Positions 54,193-64,000 of a stretch of 64,000 nucleotides of DNA are shown here, in pieces. The DNA comes from Mytilus trossulus. Taxonomy: Eukaryota. The position numbers and the translations under genes are program-made. The DNA is taken from contig NC_086378.1 in the NCBI RefSeq assembly GCF_036588685.1, positions 33,914,001-33,978,000 on the forward strand. Reading direction: 5' to 3'. A model generated the notes under the pieces. The model had not been told where the DNA came from. It made no database searches and saw nothing but the letters and a program-made list of their open reading frames with translations. Each line of letters opens with the position of its first letter. Within the stretch, counting starts at the first letter, position 1.

Positions 54193-55019
54193 ACAGCCAC
54201 CCAGCTAATATCAACAACGGCCCTTTTCAGGGCCACCAACATTTTTCAAAAAGAATCTTAGATTTGTTGTACATCGTTTTAAACAAAATCTTGAAATCAA
54301 AGCTTGCTCCACTTCTATTCTTTTCTCTAATGTTCATGAATTTTTCAACCGTTTTTTCTTGTTTTCCCTGATCTCGTTATACCCCCCCCCCCCCCTTTTT
54401 TTTTTTAAATATCTGGCTTTCTTTTTAATTAACTTCCTTACTCTTACTCTTGTATTTATTTGAGAATTTATATTTCTGAAGGTTTATGAATACGTTCAAA
54501 GATCAAGTCCGTGCATTTGCCTACATGAAGAGAGAAAATTTCAAAACAAAATGCACGGACTTTTACACACAAAATCTGTAGATTCTGTTATATTCAATTA
54601 TAGAGGTTTTTTTTTGCGTGGTTTAAGATTAGGTAATGTTCTTGTTTCCGTGTAAAATAATTCTCGCAATATTTTTTTTCTCTCGAAAAGCAAAAGAAAT
54701 CGTAAATTTATCAACTCTATTAATTGGAATGAAAGCACTGTTTTGTTCTTCATGATTTATGTATTTACGCTTTGTAGTTTTGACAGACAAATTAAATGCT
54801 ACAGAATGAGTGAAATACACGTATATTTGTTATACAGATAGAAAGAAGAGAAAAGTAACCATATACTATTGAAATAGTTTGAAAGTGGTTATAGCTGGGG
54901 TTGGGATTTATAGCTTTGTTTAGAAGTTTGACATTGATGTACAACAAATGTAAATTCTTTTTGAAAAATGTTGGTGGCCCTGAAAAGGGCCGTTTGTGAA
55001 GTTATAAACTTCAGACTGT

Positions 55020-55394
55020 TTACTTGCTGCTGGTGTATTTAGTGACGGCTTTGGTACCTTCACTGACAGCGTGCTTGGCCAATTCTCCGGGTAAGAGAAG
55101 ACGGACAGCGGTCTGGATCTCCCGGGATGTGATGGTAGATCTTTTGTTGTAGTGTGCCAATCGGGAAGCCTCTGCTGCGATTCTCTCGAAGATATCGTTG
55201 ACGAAGCTGTTCATGATGGACATTGCCTTTGAGGACACTCCGGTGTCGGGGTGAACTTGTCTCAAGACTTTGTAGATGTAGATAGCATAGGATTCACGTC
55301 TCTTCCTCCTCCTTTTCTTATCACCGCCGGGTCTGGCAGTCTTTGCCTTGGTGACGGCCTTCTTGGCTCCTTTAGTTCCTACTTTGGGTGGCAT
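55020..55394 (-). CDS. H2B: Histone H2B
   Basis: Identical 124-aa H2B. Confidence 0.99.
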   Translation of the reverse strand: MPPKVGTKGAKKAVTKAKTARPGGDKKRRRKRRESYAIYIYKVLRQVHPDTGVSSKAMSIMNSFVNDIFERIAAEASRLAHYNKRSTITSREIQTAVRLLLPGELAKHAVSEGTKAVTKYTSSK

Positions 55395-55664
55395 GTTACT
55401 GGTTTGATAATCAAATAAGTAATGGTGAAAAATTATTTTCAATTTGTTTATATACTGGGCAAAACGGATTGAAAGATTTTATTAAACGCGAACCTCGGAG
55501 AGAGCACCCATAACATGTTGAATGTTCGGTAGCCTAACTGCTCGCAGAGAGCTTCGTTCTGATTGGTGTATAATAAAAACATCGTTCAATCCGTTTAGTG
55601 GGTATATAAGCTAAATTTTGAAGAAAAATTGTATCACTTTACTCAGTGTCGATCAACCAAATAG

Positions 55665-56048
<384 letters not shown>

Positions 56049-57229
56049 AAAGTGGATATATCGGATTACTCACTTAACAACGGCCCTTTTCAGGGCCACC
56101 AATATTTTTCAAAAAGAGTCTAAAATTGTTGTACATCTTAGTAATACTTTATTCCCCATACATAATTGAAAAAAATATATTCTACTACATAACAAATAAA
56201 AAATGTCTAAAATATAAATGTCCCTTCTTCCGTGATTCTTCTTTTCTTCTCTCTCTAACGCATCCCATTTAAGTACAGTTCTTATAGCATAACACTAAGT
56301 CTAGTAACTTTTTCAGTCTTCTTCATCAGAACATTTATTGTCGTACTTTCTGACTCTTTGAACCCACAAGTAGCTCAGTTAAATCATATAATGTTTGTCG
56401 GGGGGAAAAAAAACCACTGATAGTATTTATATTTAATACTAGTCTGCTCTCTTCTTTCTCTCTCTTGGTTATTGATGCGAGCATGCTTAGATTCATCTGA
56501 GAAGGTGTGTGGTTTTTTTTTATTATTATAATTATTTATAGTTTTTGTTAACATTATCTCTTTCGTCAACACTTTTATATATGATATGTACTTTCCATTC
56601 TTTTCCTTTTTCCATTTTTTTCAGCATCTCTCTCTCTGTCTTTCTGTCTTTATTTAGTTATTGTTTGTGTATTAAAGATGTGGAATTGATGTAAGCACAC
56701 CGACAATCAGACAATGTGACAAATGTGCCCAGCCCAAATGAAAATCATACCACATCTTCTTTTTTTATATTAAATATACATAAATATGACATAATACAAC
56801 AATAAAGAAACTCAGCCGATCCGCACAATGTCATGTCGGGAATGTGTAATTCCATTTGTTTCTGTTTTTTTATTTTTATTTCGCTTTGTTTGTGTTATAA
56901 CTGCATTTTATTTTTATTTTTTCCTGTTTTTATTTTTCGTTCCTTTCCTTAATGTTTCTGCATGTATTTTGACCTTTTTTCATTATTATTATTTTTCTTC
57001 TTCAGATTTATCATATTGAAACCGTGACACTAATTTACTATTGTTGAGCTATGAGGGATGATCAGAAACTGTAATTATGAATGAAAAAAGGGGGCATTTT
57101 TACTGTCAGCTTGGGTTGAGCAGTTTTTCAGTAAAAAATGGATTGAAAACTGTCAAAGTCCCTTACAAATCAGTCCAATCAGATTTAAGATATGCGGACC
57201 AATCAACGCCAGCTTTATGTAAGTGGTGA

Positions 57230-57745
<516 letters not shown>

Positions 57746-59462
57746 GAAGTGTGATTTTTTCACCAAAACATAACGGCCCTTTTCAGGGCCACCAATATTT
57801 TTCAAAAAGAATCTATAAATTGTTGTACATGAAAATTAGAAACATAGCCGAACCCCTCTTTTCCCCATCTCTCTCTCTCTCTTTTATTTCTTCTTGTTGA
57901 ATCCATCTATATGCAAAGCAATACATAGACAAAAAATAAATTTTATGATATATATATACACACAAGTCTCATCACAAAAAAAAGGGGGGTGTTTGTTTAT
58001 CATGGTACATGTATGTCCTTGTGTGTAGAATATTAAATAGTACATTATATAAAAAAAGATCAACATATAAATGTTTCTATCTGTACTTCTGTTCTTTTCT
58101 TTTCTTCGCTTGTTTTGTCTTGTCTTCTTTTGATGTATTATTTACACCAGTAGTCTAGACCAAAGAAAGAGAACCACCAACTGGCCAAAATATAACCTTT
58201 TTTTTTAAGTTAGAGTTTAAATATCTTGTATAATTCATTAATTTGAATATTTCTTTTAGAAAAGCTGATATTACAGGGTACTTTTATCAAAAATTTAGAG
58301 CTCTTTTTCAGTCAGAATTGTAAAGAATTTTTTTATCATGTATGTAGTAATATATTTTGTCCACTTTAGAGTCTTGTCTTGCTGCTAGTTAACAAAATCA
58401 TGAAATTTCTATTTAAATTAATATAATTTCGGTACGGGTCCAAGTAGTCCCCACAAAATTTCAATGTAGGAAGTCCATGTAAGCATATATCTTGCACTTA
58501 TAAGCTTTTTTATATGATAAAAAGTGGTTTTCAGACTTATTATAAACTTTTCTGGCTAAAAGAAGTCTTCAGAATAGTAAGTACATGTGTGCGCATTAAC
58601 ATTTTTATTGGATTGGCTGATGAAATTGTCATCGTCATACTGTGGATAAATATAGAATGGCGTTTAAAAATAAAATTGAAAGGAAGATGCACACATAAGA
58701 AGTTTTACCCGCAGTCAGGGGCATCTCTTTTCTTCACTGTAATACCTAGAAAAAAAAATCTTTAATAGTAATAACAGTAACAGTTTTATTCATACATTCT
58801 CCCATTTATGATCTGAAGTACCTGCAGCAGATCGTTGATGGATGGCAAGCACAGCTTTGACAGATGATGTTGAGTTATGAAAGACAGGTAGAAAACTGCA
58901 AGCATGTAAAATCCTGTGATGTATCCAATTTCTGGATACATCAAATAGACAAATAGATAACCAGTATTCCTAGATATGTCTGTGAGGTTTATTTTTTCCC
59001 CAACTAAATTCCATTCCATTAAGTTGAAATGTGTATTGTCATTGAATGAAAATGTCTGTTCAGAGAAAGCAAATAATTATCTTTATAATTTTGACTGTCT
59101 AAAGTGATTTTCATTTATCATTTATTTATCATACTATTCTATCTTAAAATGAAAACTTTTCAACATTTTGGAACTTTTTTTGTCTCCTTCAGTCATTTTT
59201 ATTCCGATTGAAATAATAGTTTTTTCTTAAAAATTTACTGTCTGATATGAATTATTATATTTTTCAGACCTAGAATGAAAAAGTGGATTGAAAGTGTACA
59301 CAGTTTAAGGCAGTACAGAGTTACCTCCCGGAATAAAACAACGTAAGCCAATCAGACAACAGTTAACTGAAAATGTGTGATACTTCTTTTACGGCCGCGT
59401 TGGTGATATATAAAGAGTCGCTGTTAGACGGAAAGTATTATTTAACTAATCACCACAAATAG

Positions 59463-59780
<318 letters not shown>

Positions 59781-60599
59781 ACAGCCACCCAGCTAATATC
59801 AACAACGGCCCTTTTCAGGGCCACCAACATTTTTCAAAAAGAATCTTAGATTTGTTGTACATCGTTTTAAACAAAATCTTGAAATCAAAGCTTGCTCCCA
59901 CTTCTATTCTTTTCTCTAATGTTCATGAATTTTTCAACCGTTTTTCTTGTTTTCCCTGATCCTGATCCGCAACTATTTTCTCTCTCTCGTTATACCCCCC
60001 CCCCCCCCCTTTTTTTTTTTAAATATCTGGCTTTCTTTTTAATTAACTTCCTTACTCTTACTCTTGTATTTATTTGAGAATTTATATTTCTGAAGGTTTA
60101 TGAATACGTTCAAAGATCAAGTCCGTGCATTTGCCTACATGAAGAGAGAAAATTTCAAAACAAAATGCACGGACTTTTACACACAAAATCTGTAGATTCT
60201 GTTATATTCAATTATAGAGGTTTTTTTTGCGTGGTTTAAGATTAGGTAATGTTCTTGTTTCCGTGTAAAATAATTCTCGCAATATTTTTTTTCTCTCGAA
60301 AAGCAAAAGAAATCGTAAATTTATCAACTCTATTAATTGGAATGAAAGCACTGTTTTGTTCTTCATGATTTATGTATTTACGCTTTGTAGTTTTGACAGA
60401 CAAATTAAATGCTACAGAATGAGTGAAATACACGTATATTTGTTATACAGATAGAAAGAAGAGAAAAGTAACCATATACTATTGAAATAGTTTGAAAGTG
60501 GTTATAGCTGGGGTTGGGATTTATAGCTTTGTTTAGAAGTTTGACATTGATGTACAACAAATGTAAATTCTTTTTGAAAAATGTTGGTGGCCCTGAAAA

Positions 60600-60699
60600 N
60601 NNNNNNNNNNNNNNNNNNNNNNNNNNNNNNNNNNNNNNNNNNNNNNNNNNNNNNNNNNNNNNNNNNNNNNNNNNNNNNNNNNNNNNNNNNNNNNNNNNN
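60600..60699. other. Assembly gap (100 N)
   Basis: Run of N; sequence jumps from the H2B stem-loop to the H4 upstream spacer. Confidence 0.99.
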
Positions 60700-61424
60700 G
60701 CATCTCTTTTCTTCACTGTAATACCTAGAAAAAAAAATCTTTAATAGTAATAACAGTAACAGTTTTATTCATACATTCTCCCATTTATGATCTGAAGTAC
60801 CTGCAGCAGATCGTTGATGGATGGCAAGCACAGCTTTGACAGATGATGTTGAGTTATGAAAGACAGGTAGAAAACTGCAAGCATGTAAAATCCTGTGATG
60901 TATCCAATTTCTGGATACATCAAATAGACAAATAGATAACCAGTATTCCTAGATATGTCTGTGAGGTTTATTTTTTCCCCAACTAAATTCCATTCCATTA
61001 AGTTGAAATGTGTATTGTCATTGAATGAAAATGTCTGTTCAGAGAAAGCAAATAATTATCTTTATAATTTTGACTGTCTAAAGTGATTTTCATTTATCAT
61101 TTATTTATCATACTATTCTATCTTAAAATGAAAACTTTTCAACATTTTGGAACTTTTTTTGTCTCCTTCAGTCATTTTTATTCCGATTGAAATAATAGTT
61201 TTTTCTTAAAAATTTACTGTCTGATATGAATTATTATATTTTTCAGACCTAGAATGAAAAAGTGGATTGAAAGTGTACACAGTTTAAGGCAGTACAGAGT
61301 TACCTCCCGGAATAAAACAACGTAAGCCAATCAGACAACAGTTAACTGAAAATGTGTGATACTTCTTTTACGGCCGCGTTGGTGATATATAAAGAGTCGC
61401 TGTTAGACGGAAAGTATTATTTAA

Positions 61425-61760
<336 letters not shown>

Positions 61761-62612
61761 ACAGCCACCCAGCTAATATCAACAACGGCCCTTTTCAGGG
61801 CCACCAACATTTTTCAAAAAGAATCTTAGATTTGTTGTACATCGTTTTTAAACAAAATCTTGAAATCAAAGCTTGCTCCCACTTCTATTCTTTTCTCTAA
61901 TGTTCATGAATTTTTCAACCGTTTTTCTTGTTTTCCCTGATCCTGATCCGCAACTATTTTCTCTCTCTCGTTATACCCCCCCCCCCCCCTTTTTTTTTTT
62001 AAATATCTGGCTTTCTTTTTAATTAACTTCCTTACTCTTACTCTTGTATTTATTTGAGAATTTATATTTCTGAAGGTTTATGAATACGTTCAAAGATCAA
62101 GTCCGTGCATTTGCCTACATGAAGAGAGAAAATTTCAAAACAAAATGCACGGACTTTTACACACAAAATCTGTAGATTCTGTTATATTCAATTATAGAGG
62201 TTTTTTTTTGCGTGGTTTAAGATTAGGTAATGTTCTTGTTTCCGTGTAAAATAATTCTCGCAATATTTTTTTTCTCTCGAAAAGCAAAAGAAATCGTAAA
62301 TTTATCAACTCTATTAATTGGAATGAAAGCACTGTTTTGTTCTTCATGATTTATGTATTTACGCTTTGTAGTTTTGACAGACAAATTAAATGCTACAGAA
62401 TGAGTGAAATACACGTATATTTGTTATACAGATAGAAAGAAGAGAAAAGTAACCATATACTATTGAAATAGTTTGAAAGTGGTTATAGCTGGGGTTGGGA
62501 TTATAGCTTTGTTTAGAAGTTTGACATTGATGTACAACAAATGTAAATTCTTTTTGAAAAATGTTGGTGGCCCTGAAAAGGGCCGTTTGTGAAGTTATAA
62601 ACTTCAGACTGT

Positions 62613-62987
62613 TTACTTGCTGCTGGTGTATTTAGTGACGGCTTTGGTACCTTCACTGACAGCGTGCTTGGCCAATTCTCCGGGTAAGAGAAGACGGACA
62701 GCGGTCTGGATCTCCCGGGATGTGATGGTAGATCTTTTGTTGTAGTGTGCCAATCGGGAAGCCTCTGCTGCGATTCTCTCGAAGATATCGTTGACGAAGC
62801 TGTTCATGATGGACATTGCCTTTGAGGACACTCCGGTGTCGGGGTGAACTTGTCTCAAGACTTTGTAGATGTAGATAGCATAGGATTCACGTCTCTTCCT
62901 CCTCCTTTTCTTATCACCGCCGGGTCTGGCAGTCTTTGCCTTGGTGACGGCCTTCTTGGCTCCTTTAGTTCCTACTTTGGGTGGCAT
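62613..62987 (-). CDS. H2B: Histone H2B
   Basis: Identical 124-aa H2B. Confidence 0.99.
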   Translation of the reverse strand: MPPKVGTKGAKKAVTKAKTARPGGDKKRRRKRRESYAIYIYKVLRQVHPDTGVSSKAMSIMNSFVNDIFERIAAEASRLAHYNKRSTITSREIQTAVRLLLPGELAKHAVSEGTKAVTKYTSSK

Positions 62988-63257
62988 GTTACTGGTTTGA
63001 TAATCAAATAAGTAATGGTGAAAAATTATTTTCAATTTGTTTATATACTGGGCAAAACGGATTGAAAGATTTTATTAAACGCGAACCTCGGAGAGAGCAC
63101 CCATAACATGTTGAATGTTCGGTAGCCTAACTGCTCGCAGAGAGCTTCGTTCTGATTGGTGTATAATAAAAACATCGTTCAATCCGTTTAGTGGGTATAT
63201 AAGCTAAATTTTGAAGAAAAATTGTATCACTTTACTCAGTGTCGATCAACCAAATAG

Positions 63258-63641
<384 letters not shown>

Positions 63642-64000
63642 AAAGTGGATATATCGGATTACTCACTTAACAACGGCCCTTTTCAGGGCCACCAATATTT
63701 TTCAAAAAGAGTCTAAAATTGTTGTACATCTTAGTAATACTTTATTCCCCATACATAATTGAAAAAAATATATTCTACTACATAACAAATAAAAAATGTC
63801 TAAAATATAAATGTCCCTTCTTCCGTGATTCTTCTTTTCTTCTCTCTCTAACGCATCCCATTTAAGTACAGTTCTTATAGCATAACACTAAGTCTAGTAA
63901 CTTTTTCAGTCTTCTTCATCAGAACATTTATTGTCGTACTTTCTGACTCTTTGAACCCACAAGTAGCTCAGTTAAATCATATAATGTTTGTCGGGGGGAA

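Overview
Eukaryotic, AT-rich window made entirely of a tandem array of a ~5.6-kb replication-dependent core-histone gene repeat with the arrangement H4> <H2B H2A> H3>, with no H1 and no recognisable 5S rRNA. The H2B N-terminus ([27 protein letters not shown]), gene order and unit size point to a bivalve, most likely Mytilus (recognition from memory, not a database search). About 11 units give 45 histone gene copies (13 H4, 10 H3, 11 H2A, 11 H2B). Ten copies are frameshifted, mostly in two indel-rich stretches that look like unpolished long-read sequence. There are three 100-N gaps: the first separates two sequence variants of the unit, and the second coincides with an inversion of the whole array. 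Beyond the known architecture, the most notable signals are: (1) a second conserved 3' element, TTGTTGTACAT, 28-29 nt after an identical stem-loop in all four histone classes; (2) a probable decayed hAT-family transposase C-terminus fixed in the H3-H4 spacer of every unit; (3) a dyad-symmetric H2A/H2B promoter with a TTCAATCC motif shared by all four promoters and an H3 promoter with CACAAAA at the TATA position; (4) a 14-bp inverted repeat between the convergent H4 and H2B 3' ends; (5) two substitutions between the unit variants that perfect a quasi-palindrome.
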